A stretch of 64,000 nt of DNA from Utricularia gibba (Eukaryota; Plantae; Magnoliophyta), in the NCBI GenBank assembly GCA_002189035.1, contig NEEC01000002.1:3534001-3598000 (forward strand), written 5' to 3'. Position numbers and translations under genes: made by a program. Under the pieces are notes generated by a model. That model saw nothing but the letters and a program-made list of their open reading frames with translations. It ran no database searches and had not been told where the DNA came from. This document shows positions 50,717 through 62,819 of the stretch, in pieces. The stretch's first letter is position 1; the number at the start of each line of letters is the position of its first letter.

Positions 50717-53043
50717 GTGAAAACCATCGGAAATTACACACTTCTAGGTATTAATCTATGTTTCTTCTTTCCATTCGTTTCCTTAGGGTTTTGCCAAAGT
50801 CCCCTCCCTTTCTCTAATCTTCCTTCTCATTTCTATCTTCGCCCTGTACCTGGGTTAGGCTCTTCCTTCATTCCTCCAAAAATGGGTAGAAGATCCACTG
50901 AATTAAATATCCCTTCCCTTCGCATTCGGTATTCAATTCCTGATGAGTATATCATCTCCCATGCTCGGGATACTGAAGTCCCCTGGGGATTGGGTGAGAG
51001 TCCGCTTCCACCCTTTAGCTTACCGATTCCTCTGGCTTACTTTTAAAGCGGTCTGCGTTTTCCCCTCCATCCCCTGATTGTTCGCTTTCTCCATACTTTT
51101 GCGATATCGCTTTTTTGCCTTGCCCCAAATTCCATCTTCTGCTTCACTACCTTCCTATTCTATTCGGGTGGTATGGATCCGGCCTTGACCTCGATCTCAC
51201 TTCTAGTTTCGCCGGTTTGTCGACAATCCTCATTTTATCATAAAAGCCCCCAATACCCACCACGACTGGTGGTCTTCTTTTGTCTGGGTGGCGCCCCCTT
51301 CGGGTTATCGGGGGAACTTCCCGACTAATCCCCCTTCACCCTTTAGAGTAAATCTCTCTGGTGCTTATCGGTCCTCTCCCGAATCTCGTGAAGTCTTATA
51401 TGAAAGGCTCAGTCGAGGTTCAGTCTAATATGAATCTCGTGCCTTGATGTTTTCGAGGGAGTCGCTGAAGAGGTCGGGTATTATCGGTCGTTCTCACGAC
51501 TCCCATTGGCCTGACATCGTACCTTCTGAAGGTGCCGATTTGCCTAATCTTCCTTCCTTCCAGCCCTTCCCCAAGTCTTCCCATTATTCCAGTTTCCTCC
51601 CTGGTTCCCCCTACTACTCAAACTGTTGCCCTCAACAAAAAGAGAAGGGTTAAGACGCTTGCCCGGAAAACCTCTTCAAAGGAAAGAGGTAGTTGGGCTT
51701 TACTCCCCCAGGTTTCGGAATCTGTGCCGAGTCTTATTGTTTTCTTGGTTTTCGCCTGCAGCCGAAGGGATGGGCCGAAGAATTGCTTTGGAAGATTCAG
51801 TGATGGCCCGCCTTGATGCCGAAATGCAGAGAATGCAGGAGCCGGAGGCGACCCCTCCCATGCGGGTCTGTCTTCTTTTATCGGTTACTATAGGTTCCCG
51901 ATTCTTACCTTCCTGGCTCTTCTCCTAAGCTGGATCTTCGGAGGCTCACTGCCAATGCTGGATTCTTACTATAGGTTACTATAGGCTGGATCTTCGGGTT
52001 GACTCCCTGTCTTCCAGCCGGGAAAGGGAAAGAGAAGCTTCCTCCATCACCCGACCCTGCCAATGCCTCGGTTCCTAATGCAAGATTCTTTTCGGCCGGT
52101 GCCTTGACATCGGCTCCTCCAGCGGGGATACAGAGGGATTCTGCCGCTATAGAAGTAAGGGATGATCCGGCCTTTCCTACACCTTCAGTTCCAGCCGAAC
52201 TAAGGAAAATCCTGGAGGAAGCCATGCCGAGTACCCCAGATGTTCGGCTGGATATTGTACTTGAAGGGATTTGGTAGGTACTCATCCTCTTTCCCTCCTA
52301 AGCTCTATGTAGTCGGTTCCTGACTTGGCAGTTCCCTTCAGGCTTTAACTTTTGGGTGAGGAATGGCTAAAGGGATCGGTGCGCAATTAGAGACAGTTTT
52401 TAGGCTTCAAGCCCAGATTGTGGCTCAGAACGCCCAGATAAAGTTGCTGGAGGAGGAGGGGAGCTCGCTTAAAATGGTTCTAGGGAAACGCACTCGCCAC
52501 GAGGAAGAATTGCGGAATGTGGTCGAAGAAATGGGGAAGGCGGTTAATGATGCTAAATCGAAGAGGGAAGGTTTCAAGGTCCAGTTTGAGGAGGCAAAAG
52601 CGGAATTAGAGCATGCCAGGAGTCGCATTATGGCACTAGAGGCCGAGCTACTTGATCAACAAACGTCTCGGCAGGGTCTTCTAGAAGACTTTGTTAACTC
52701 GGCTTGTTTTGCCGAACTCTCCGATATTTATGCAGGGGATCTAATCGGCTTACTTCTATACCGACAAAGGCGATAGTTCAGCCGAGAGTTCGAGCTTTCA
52801 ATCATGGATCCGCGTTTTGACAGGGTAAACCCCCTAACCAAGGATGAGAATATGCTGGACGTCATTGTGGATACTTTCCAAGCCCCAGAGTTCAGGTTTG
52901 AAGCAGATTGGGTGCATCTAATTGCGCTTGTTCGGCCTAGGATCGGGCAAGAGAACGAAGCTAAACTGAGGGCGAGGATGGAAAGACATAACGGTTCCTC
53001 TGCCGGTCCTCCTGTTGATCCCCCATCTCCTCCTGCACTTTAG
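50717..53043 (+). pseudogene. Antisense extra ORF of the Tat element, fragmented, with a coiled-coil C-terminal part
   Basis: A collinear run of plus-strand ORFs (50717-51046, 51444-51928, 51999-52277, 52363-52776, 52804-53043) lies opposite gag-pol in the 3' region, where Retand/Grande-type elements carry antisense ORFs. Confidence 0.55.
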
Positions 53044-53379
53044 TTATTTTTCTTGACTTGGTGTTTTTTTCCCCTGCTGTGGGGCTTTTTGGACATTTTG
53101 ATACCCCGGTTCGGGATTCCCTTGTAGTTTACTAAGTTTTTGCGTATCGCCTTTGCCTTTACTGATCTCCCCGTTTAGTATGTTGCATGATTTTCTAGTC
53201 TCCTAGCAGGATTTTTCTGCATACATATGTGCTAAGGATATGACTCAGATCCCCTCGGGAACTGAATCATCTCTTCAACTCGGGTAGATCCTCCGCGTCT
53301 TTCAGGGTATAGCCAAATTTATTCCGACTGTGTTTGCCGCTTCAAGGTCTAGCAGTGGGAACCTCACTTTGGGGCCTTT

Positions 53380-54000
53380 TCGGAGCTTACGCAGATGGTT
53401 TAGGAAAGCGATGCCCGAATCGTACTGGGGCTTACCTTAGTTACTAGAGCCTGGGTTTAGAGGATGCCACATTTCGGGGGAAGCCCCGAGTTGGTTTGTT
53501 GTGCTCATACCGGGCTTAGATCTTGGGGATTTACCTGGGCCTTCATGACCCGGAGGTTGTGTGCCCTTTGCCAGCCATTTAGTGGGGTTTTTATTTGCCT
53601 TAGTTTTTTCTTATGCGAGCTGAACCATTGCTAGGGAAGTGGATTGGAACCCCTCTTGGGTTGAACAACTACCCAATCCATATGGGCCCTCTTCCGTCCG
53701 AGATCCCATTGTTTTGAACATGGGTGGATTCGCTTTGGGTGCTCTTGCCGTCTCGAGATTCAACAATAAGATTTGATCCTAAGGGCTTTTTCGAGGCTTA
53801 CGCAGACGGTTGCAGGAACCGGAGCCCGAGTTGTACCAAGGCTTCCCCTTACCATTGAGGCCTAGGTTTTGAGGGTGTTATACTTTGGGGGAGCCCCGAG
53901 CTGATTTGTTGTACCCATCGAGGGGCACAGAGTGAGAAGATATGCCTGGGCTTACATGACTCGGCTAGGGCTTACGAATTAGACTTAGAGGGTTTTGCCT
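53380..54000. repeat. Two diverged direct repeats about 410 bp apart in the Tat 3' non-coding region
   Basis: GCTTACGCAGA.GGTT..AGGAA...GCCCCGAG.TG.TTTGTTGT at about 53385-53510 and 53796-53915. Confidence 0.6.
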
Positions 54001-54099
54001 GCACTTATGCGATTCGGCAAGGGCTTATGAATTCATCAGTTCATCTCCACTTTGGAGGAGTTTATAGATACTTGAGTTTTTTGACGAAGCGAATACCGA

Positions 54100-57000
54100 G
54101 ACCTGCAAACCTAGGACAGAGATTGATGTCGAGCCGCTTAAGCATAGTACTTCCTGAGATGTGATGCATTCCACGATCTTGGGAATTCCACGCCATCTAG
54201 TTGTTCTAGCGTATTCCAACGTGGCACCTCAAGAGGGGTCCGTCTAATGATCTTCGATAAAGAATTCCATTTACCAGGGTATATCTTTTTGTCTTGATCT
54301 CCAACTATCGGGCTTCTGATTTATCAGGCGGTGTTTCTCCGTTTTGCAAGTATCGGATGTATGGTGATATCCAATCTTCAAGGAAACTCAGCTGTGGGGA
54401 GATGTCATCTCCTGGTTGCTAGGTAATATGGTTCACTGAGGGTCAATCCCGCAACTGAATCATCACACCTCCTTCCTTCAGCTCGTGAAACCCCACAGCC
54501 AATCGGGCGAGGCTATCCGCGGATCCGTTTTCCTCGCGCACCACATGCGACAAGGTGAACTCCTTGAAGGTCTTCGCCAACTCCTTCACCCGAACACAGT
54601 ATAAAGCCAAGAGGGGGTCATGGGCTTCGTACTCACCCGAAAACTATCCTTGCACAAGTCGTGAATCGATATAAACGTCAAGCTCCGCAACTCCAAGTTC
54701 CTTGGCAATTTTCATTCCCTCAACCAGGGCTTCATATTCGGCAACATTGTTGAAGGTGGGGAACAAGAAATCTACCATGATATAAATGTGTTCCCCGTCT
54801 CGAGTTCGGATGTCTATTCCTCCTCCAGCCCCGTTGTATGTTGAGCTGTCAACGTACATGGCCCATCGGTCATTGGTTTCCACGAAACAGTCAATTGGTC
54901 TGGTCATTTCGACCACAAAATCGGCAAGAGGTTGGGCCTTGATCGCTGTTCTTGATTTAAACTCAATATCCATCGTGCTTAGTTCGATCGCCCATATGCC
55001 GACCCTTCCGGAAATCTCTGGTCGGGACAGGATATTCTTCAGAGGCTGATTGGTGAACACCGCGATGTGTCGATACTGGAAATATGCCCTCAGCTTGGTG
55101 GCCGCCATCTTCAGAGCCAAGATGAATTTCTCTGTCACTGTATACCGGGTTTCGGCCGGTAATAGAACCTTGCTCACATAATACACCGGCAGGTGTTTAT
55201 CTGCCGAGATGGTTGTCAAGACTGTGCTAACCGCAATGGGCGATATCGATAGATAAAGTCCTAGGGGCTCCCCTGCCTTCGGAGCCACAAGAAGTGGGGG
55301 TGATGAGAGATATTTTTTGAGTTTCTTAAAGGCAATCCGGCAATCTTCGTTCCATTCTAAAGCATTTCCCTTTCGCAGGGCCTTCAAGAAAGGCGCCGAC
55401 TTATCGGCTGACCGAGATATGAAACGGCTGAGGGCAGCCAATTTACCCGTGAGACTCTGGTACTCCTTGATTGTCCTTGGGGGTTGCATTTCGCATATTG
55501 CCTTAATCTTCTCGGGTCAACTTCGATTCCTCTCTCCGATACATAATGCTCAAGGAATTTTCCACTTTGCACCCTGAAGCAACATTTCAGCGGGTTGAGC
55601 TTTAACCCGTACAACCGACATAGAGAGAAACAAGAGTCCAAATACGCTAAATGGTCTTCTTCATTCATAGATTTCATGATCATATCGTCCACATACACCT
55701 ACATCGAGGTACAGATTTCAAAAGAGAATATTTTATTTACCAACCTTTGATAAGTTGCCCTCGCATTCTTCAAACCGAAGGGCATCGCCACATAGTAGTA
55801 AACCTCATCCTTGGTGTAGAAGGTGGTTTTTGATTGGTCCTTTTCGGAAACGAAGATTTGATGATATCCCGAATAGGCATCCATGATGCTCAGGAATCAG
55901 GATCCGGCAATGGCATCCACCAGCTTATCAATCTTCGGCAAAGGGTAAGGATCCCTTTCACAGCAGGCGTTGAGGTCAGTGAAGTCGACACACATTCTCC
56001 ATTTTCCCTTGGGCTTTGGGACGACGACTGGGTTGGCTACCCATTCGAAGTACTGGATCTCCCTCACGTAACCAGCCTCCAAGAGGTCCCTCGTTTTCTC
56101 TTTGATAATTCGGCACTTTTCTTCGGAGAAATGCCGTTGCTTTTTCCGAATTGGTTTTGCCCCCGGGTAGGTATCAATGTGATACTCAACGATGGATCGA
56201 TCAATACCTATGAAGTCCGCAGCAGTCTAGGCAAAAATATCAGCGTTCTTCATCAAAAATTCAGCTAACCTCTTCTCGAATCCAATGTCTAGATTGACAC
56301 CAATGACCCGCCTTCTGCGCATCTCCTGGAACTAGTTGCACCGACTTGTACCCCACCGGTTCCATTGCTTGTCTAGGAGGTTCTCGGGGTTCCTTTTCCA
56401 CCATCATTATCCTCGGCTTCTTCGCACAGGGGTCTCGGCAAGAAGATACATAACAGGATCGAGCGGCTGGCTGGTCGATATCCAGTGTGCAGATGCCTCT
56501 TGGTGTTGGAAATTTGCTTTTCAAATGCACAGTGGAGGGCAACATACCGAATTGGTTGATGCCGGGTCGGCCGAGGATCATGTTATACAAGACCTCCAAA
56601 TCCAGGATCAAAAACTCCAGTCTTTCGGTCCGATTTCATCCCGATGTGCCAAATGTCATGGGTAAGATTATCTTCCCGACTGTCTGTACGGGCCGTTTAT
56701 CGAATGCGTATAACTCCATGCGCATGGGACGGATGTCTCCCTCTTTGGACAACGCCAGTGACTCGGCGACTTCCTTTTTCATGATGTTGAAGGAATACCC
56801 TTGATCAATAAGAATCCTTCTTACCTTGGTGCTTCCGCATATTTCTGATACCACCAAAGGTTCATTTCGTGTGGCTGGGCCGACCGGAATGTCTCTATCG
56901 GAGAAGCTGATCTCTTCCTTTTCCCAAGCGGCTTTCTCAATCGGACATTTCCCGATTCTCAAAGACTTCTCCTCTTCTGGCTTCGTCCAAATATCTCTTC

Positions 57001-58305
57001 CGTGCTTTTCTGAATACATCAATTTTGGTTCCCCTAGATACCATATGGATTTCCCGAACATAGGGGGGACTACCTTATGCCTGGTTAGCGTTTCTTGAAT
57101 TTTCCGATTGGTTCCACATGATATACTTCACGGCGCTTATTTGGCCAAGGTCCCCGGGTAGGTTGGGTCTCTTGCTGCGGGATTGAACGGATCTCCATGC
57201 GGCTTTTCATCTCGGCCCTGAGGTCATCGTCAACTCGAATGTACTTCATGATTTTCCTTAGCAATTCTCCGAGATTCTTCGGTGGGGACTTTGATAGACT
57301 ATATCCCAATTTCGACGTTCCTAAGGCCTGCTTCATTATTTCCACCCTTTCTTTTAAATCCAGCTGGACATCTTGTGCCAGGCAGTTGAATCGGTCGATG
57401 AATCTTCACAAGCTCTCTTTCCTGTGGTCGTACCGAATAGAATATAAGGCTGCCTTTGAAGGTGAGGCTTCGATGTTGACAGCGTATCGGGTAGTGAAGA
57501 GTAACACCAACTCCCGATAAGATCCCACACTGCATGGTTCTAACTATTTGAACCAAGTCTTCACTCCCTTTTGGAGCGAGCAGGCGAACAACTTACACTT
57601 CATGGCTTCCGAATGCCAGACCATGGCCATCCTCTTATCGAAGTCGGTTACATGAGATATGGGGTCCCTTTTTCCATCATACGTGGGTAGTCCATCAGGG
57701 ACCCTGAATCCTCTCTCAGGTTCTTCGCCGATTAGGTCATCCGAGAAAGGGTCAAAACGCAGCGCCGGGGTTCCCGCTGCTCCTTCAACTGCGCTCTTCA
57801 GAGCTAGGTCAATATCGGCCAGAACATCCCCTCTCCTAGTGCATACGTTCTGATCGAAAGCATCTCTGAAGCCCCTATTCTCTCTTCCCCCTAGCAACGT
57901 CTATCCTCCGATATGTTTTCTTCTCTCACGAATCTGGTCTAGTTCCCTCTTCATCTCTTCTTCCCTTTTTTCCAAGATTTCGTCAGCCACCTTTTCCCTA
58001 TCCGTCCCGGACTCATAAATGACCTGGTTGCGCCTCTTTCTTCCCAGTGTCTCCTCCTCGGTTTCGGATTCGGTCTCCGTGTCCTGAGGGTATTTTGGAA
58101 TCAAGGGTGGTTTTTCCGCTCGTCGTGCGGTTCTGGGTGTCCCCTCCTGGGCGTTGGAATTCAACCCCAAAGGTGCCCTAAAGTCGGAGAGGATTTCCGT
58201 TAAAAGGGCCTTCAGTTGTTCCCTGCTGGTGATCATAAGACCGGGGTCTTGTATGCGGGCGCTCCCTTCGTGGACCATGTTGGTGGCTGTGTTATTTTCC
58301 GCCAT
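54100..58305 (-). pseudogene. Tat gag-pol: gag, protease, RT, RNase H, second (archaeal-type) RNase H; integrase core missing
   Basis: gag YDGKRDPISHV..KCKLFACSL, PR ILIDQGYSFNIM, RT WRMCVDFTDLN/MDAYSGYHQI/YVDDM, RH LRAYFQ..IAVFTNQPL, aRH YVDSS..NNVAEYEALVEG..DSRLV. Interrupted by stops and frameshifts. Confidence 0.9.
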
Positions 58306-59824
58306 GGTCGGTGTTTAGTGAGTGATTTCTGTGGATTTCTCGAGTGGGGCGATAGATCGGCCCCACATTGGGCGCCAAAAATGTTGCGGGCAAAAATCGG
58401 TGTAAAGGGTTGGATCGATTTTCGGGCTCAGGAAGTGATTGGAAATGCAATTTCTTTTTATACTTCTTTTCGTGATCCTTTCAGCTCGATCGGGTGAAAT
58501 GGATGTAGGCAGAGATTTTTTACGTGGAAACCATCGTGAGGCAGAAAAACCACAAAGCTGTCGAAGCTCGCCGGAGAAGACTTCTACTAGATGGAGGTAA
58601 TTGAAAAAGCGATACAAGTTTTTGAGTATAAGGGGTTCAACCATTTTTTCTTTGGAACTTTTCCTATTTATCGAGGAGGTCGATCTAGCCGAATCGCCCC
58701 TTTCTGCTGGTGTCAGTTGCTTTTTGTACTTGCACTGTGATCTTACTTTTTAGATAATCGCTGCCCGTTCTATTATGGTTCGGCCGCTTTACAGACGGCG
58801 CCATACGGCCACCGCTGTCAGATCTCTGACATATATCGGTGTGTCAGCAAGCGCTGTCTCCTCAGAGCTCCTTTCGACAGTCTTTTCAGAGATCGATTAT
58901 CTTCGACTGATTTGTATCCCATCAATTACTTAAACGCTCTTATATTATGTTGAAATTAAAGATCAAATTGATTGGTGTAGACATATGTGAAATTTAAATG
59001 TACAAAAAACTTAAATCACATTTAAAAAAATTAAACTCAATCAATAATTAGTTATTTGTAATCTTCTATATATTTGATTATTTCACCTTAATTTCTTAAT
59101 ATGAGATTGTTTACCTACCCTCAAGTCAAATTAGTTTTTGATTCGATTAAATTTTGTTTTTTTGTGTTTATAAGTATTACTTGGATGATAGATTGATTTA
59201 ATGTTTATCACTTAAATTTAATATATCTTCTTATTTTTTTAATCAAAATTCAAACCAATACGAAAGCCAACCAAACCATAAAGTGAAATACTATGATACT
59301 TTGTTTAAACTAAAGATTCAATAAATTAGACAGGTATTTGTAAAATTCAATTATATAAGAAATATGAATCACATTATAAAATATTAAATTTAATCAATTG
59401 ATATTAATTTATAATATCTGATATATTTCATTATTTTATTTTAATTTTACTTTATGAGATTGTCTATTTTAGTAGCTCATTATTAAGGTTAATTTATTTT
59501 TAATAATTTATGCTGGTTTTCTTTGAAATGAAAATTAAAAATATGTTTCTTAGAAGGAGAGACGTGAAATTGTGGAGTATTGATGAGTGACGCGGCTAAG
59601 TACGTGGTGCGCAAGCCACAGCTCATGCCTAGTGATTGAATTTATTAACCAATCTATTCCATTATTGCCCCAATAATACAAGAGGGCCGCAACGTACGCC
59701 TAAGGAGAAGAGAAGTTGGGGGAAACAAAAATATCAAACTAACACCGGCAACCAGCACAGCACACACTAAAACAAAATAACATCAACTAAATAGGTACAT
59801 CAACAGTGCGTAATCTCTTCTGTT

Positions 59825-60643
59825 CTAGAGGAGTGCTGGCCAATTGTACGGAGTCATTATCGCAGCAGGGTTGGAGTAGTCGTCCACATTCATTATGTAG
59901 TTGCCATCGTTGGTGAGGGGCGGTGCATCGCCCTCGGGGTTCACAATGGATCTGCTCTCCACCGTCTCTTCCCCAGGGGAAAGTTGGGTCTTCTTCCCCA
60001 CCTGGTCCTTTAGGAGTGCTCTCAGTGCCATGACCTAGACAGCGGATGCATGCTCAGAGTTACCCCGATGATTAGGAGATAGATGCATGTGCGTACCTCT
60101 TGCTGAAGCTGTTGTTTCTCTCCAGTAACAGCCTCCAGCTCCTGCTTCAGTGCATCGTACAGGTTCTCGAGCTGCTTGGCCTTCCACCGGGCACGTCGAT
60201 TCTGGAACCAGATGGCGATTTGCCTCGGCTGCATCCCCAGTTCTTTGGCTAGCTTCATTTTCCTGTCGGGATCGAGTTTGACCTCTTCTTGAAAGCAGTT
60301 TTCAAGGGACTCCAATTGCTCAGTGCTAAGGCGTTTCTTCTTCAGATCCTGCCCATATGTGTTACTGAAGCCCACGCTTTTTCCAGTTAAACTTGGCAGA
60401 ATTTGTGTTGCTGAGAGGGACTGTGGTTTCATTTCTAAACCTGATGATGAAATATGAACGAACAAAAGGAAGAAAACGTTGTGCTGCGTTGATTCTTTGA
60501 AAACAAAAAGAGAGAAGCAGCATTGTGTTACCAGGGAAGGGGTGATCATAGTTGTAATTGCAGAGGAAACCGAAGGAAGTCTCCGGCCTGGAACCCAGAC
60601 TCGCCAGCCTGTAACCCTCATTGTTCCAGTCCATACTTGCCAT
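59825..60643 (-). CDS. LMI1: HD-Zip class I transcription factor, LMI1/ATHB51/ATHB22 clade, 221 aa. Exons 60643-60532, 60440-60097, 60034-59825
   Basis: [24 protein letters not shown]-terminus typical of the LMI1 clade. Homeodomain [51 protein letters not shown] plus a leucine zipper. GT-AG introns keep the frame. Exact orthology is not tested. Confidence 0.88.
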
Positions 60644-62433
60644 CTTTATCTCACCAAGAAGCACAAGGAAAACAAAGGCGAAGGAAGAAAGCGCTACTTT
60701 CTTTTTCTGAGAAACTCACAATCTATAACACTGTCAACATCATTCACTATATATATATATAGAGAGAGAGAGGACAAAGGCCCTTCCTTACTAAATCAAG
60801 TACACAGTGTGAGTGTGTGTGTGAGAGAGAGAAGGAAAGGTTAAACTTGTTCTTCTCTTTGGCTGGATGCAAGAAATACATTAAATGGACGGTGTGTGTT
60901 GTGGTGTGGCGTCGAGGATTACAACTGGAGACATATGATAAAAAGCATATCTATAGAACTGGAAATGGAAAGGGAGGGCTGTCTAACTGTTGGTTGAAAT
61001 AGCAAGCAAAAGTCCCTTTTCGTCTCTGAAAATGTTGTGCCGCACGCCTCTCAACCCCCTGCCTTTCTGAGGACAAATCATAAACCAACATGTTTGCATC
61101 AATCAATCCATCATATGATCAAAAATAATTCTTCTGATTCATCACTTTAACCATAAATATTTCAGAATGTTGCGTTATATTTTAGGAATGGTATAATTGT
61201 GTAACGGGCATCCCATTGATCACATAGTTTACTAACAAAGATATCCAATTTATCATAATTAACCTTACAAGTTATACAAATTAATGTAAAAATATGCGGT
61301 GTTACAACATCCTACCATGGACTTTGAAAAAAGAGTCAGAAAGTAGGTATCATTAAAAGATATTGACATAAATCAAGGCCATTCTTAGAAAATACTAACA
61401 AGCATCCATGGAATAGATGAAGAAAACACATTCACCTGTTGAGACCCAGAAAGAGGCCAATTTGAGTCATCTTGGGTCCACGTGGAATGTTGAAGAAAAC
61501 TGTTCAATTCCTAAACAAAAAAGATAAACACTTCAACTCTATAAGAAGTGAGGTTATGAGTATGCCAGTATCCCTTTGATTATTTTTTACATCTCCTAGA
61601 TTTTTCTTGGTTTTTTTGAAACTTCCCCATCCTTTTCAACTCAATTACCGACGCTCATTAACACTTGATAATATTCAACTGGCCAAATTTGCTTAATGCA
61701 TGTATTAAAGGAAGGATATTTGAAAAATATTAAAACGTTTTTATTATAAAATTAACATGTAATTTTATTTTAGTTTGAAAACTACCAAAATTATTATTTT
61801 TTAAAGAAAAAATAGTATAATAATTTTAAAAATTATAATAAATAATACAATTCATTATTAATAATGATATTAAGAAAATTGGGTTAGTAAAATAAATTAA
61901 AAATTTTTACAAAAATATAATGTAATAAATAATATAAGTTATTTACCAAATAAAAAATTATAATAAAAAATATTAATAAATATTTTCAAATTGGAAAAAA
62001 ATTAATATAAGAATATATAAAATTCTAAAAAAATGTGTGTACATTTTTTTGGAAGTAAATGGAATTATTTGCATATTTAGAAGTAATTATTTAGATATAA
62101 ATTTTCATAAATAAATAAAAATTTATTATAATAAACGATTTATTATTATAAAACTGAAATATTGTTAAAATATGAGACAAGAAAAAATTTAAATATTACA
62201 TAAGAAAAAATAATTTTAAAAAGATTTAAAACACAACAAATAGATTGAAACTTATATTATCACTTTGTTCTTTTCAATATTAATTTTCACCACCTTACAT
62301 CATTATTATTATCCTCTATAAATCACATCTAGATAATATAAAATATTTTCTCATTTTCTATGTTAAAACAAACTAGTGAAGACTAAAACAATAGCAATTA
62401 TGCAACCAAGAAATAATATATTATTTTAGTAAT

Positions 62434-62464
62434 TCATCTCATCTCATCTCATCTCATCTCATCT
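62434..62464. repeat. (ATCTC)n microsatellite, about 6 units
   Basis: TCATCTCATCTCATCTCATCTCATCTCATCT. Confidence 0.85.
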
Positions 62465-62819
62465 ACGCCGTTCTATCCTTTTTGGGAGATTTCATCTCAT
62501 CTAAGCTACAATTCTTTCAATAATATATTATTTTAGTAATATTCTGAATAGTTTAAAAAATTCAATTCTTTCAGAATTTATACATGCTAAAAATCAAAGT
62601 TAAGTGAAATGATAGGTTTTATTCGATTTTGGATTTTTTAAATAAAATATAAGAAATTATACTTTAATCTTCACATTCGTACTTAGGTAAAATTTCTATT
62701 CTATTTCTATTTTTAACATTATTATTTCTCATTTAATATTTTATAATTTTAATCTTTCATTTTAGATGATCAAAAATATCTTCTAGATGAGATATATAAT
62801 GATAAAAGACACATTAATC

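Larger units (their letters stand above)
47285..58924 (-). mobile_element. Tat/Retand-type Ty3/Gypsy retrotransposon, 11.6 kb including nested inserts
   Basis: Perfect TSD ATTAC (47280-47284 and 58925-58929). 5' LTR 58382-58924, PBS TGGCGCCCAATGTGGGG (reverse complement of about 58362-58378), and a partial 3' LTR at 47285-47537. Confidence 0.9.
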
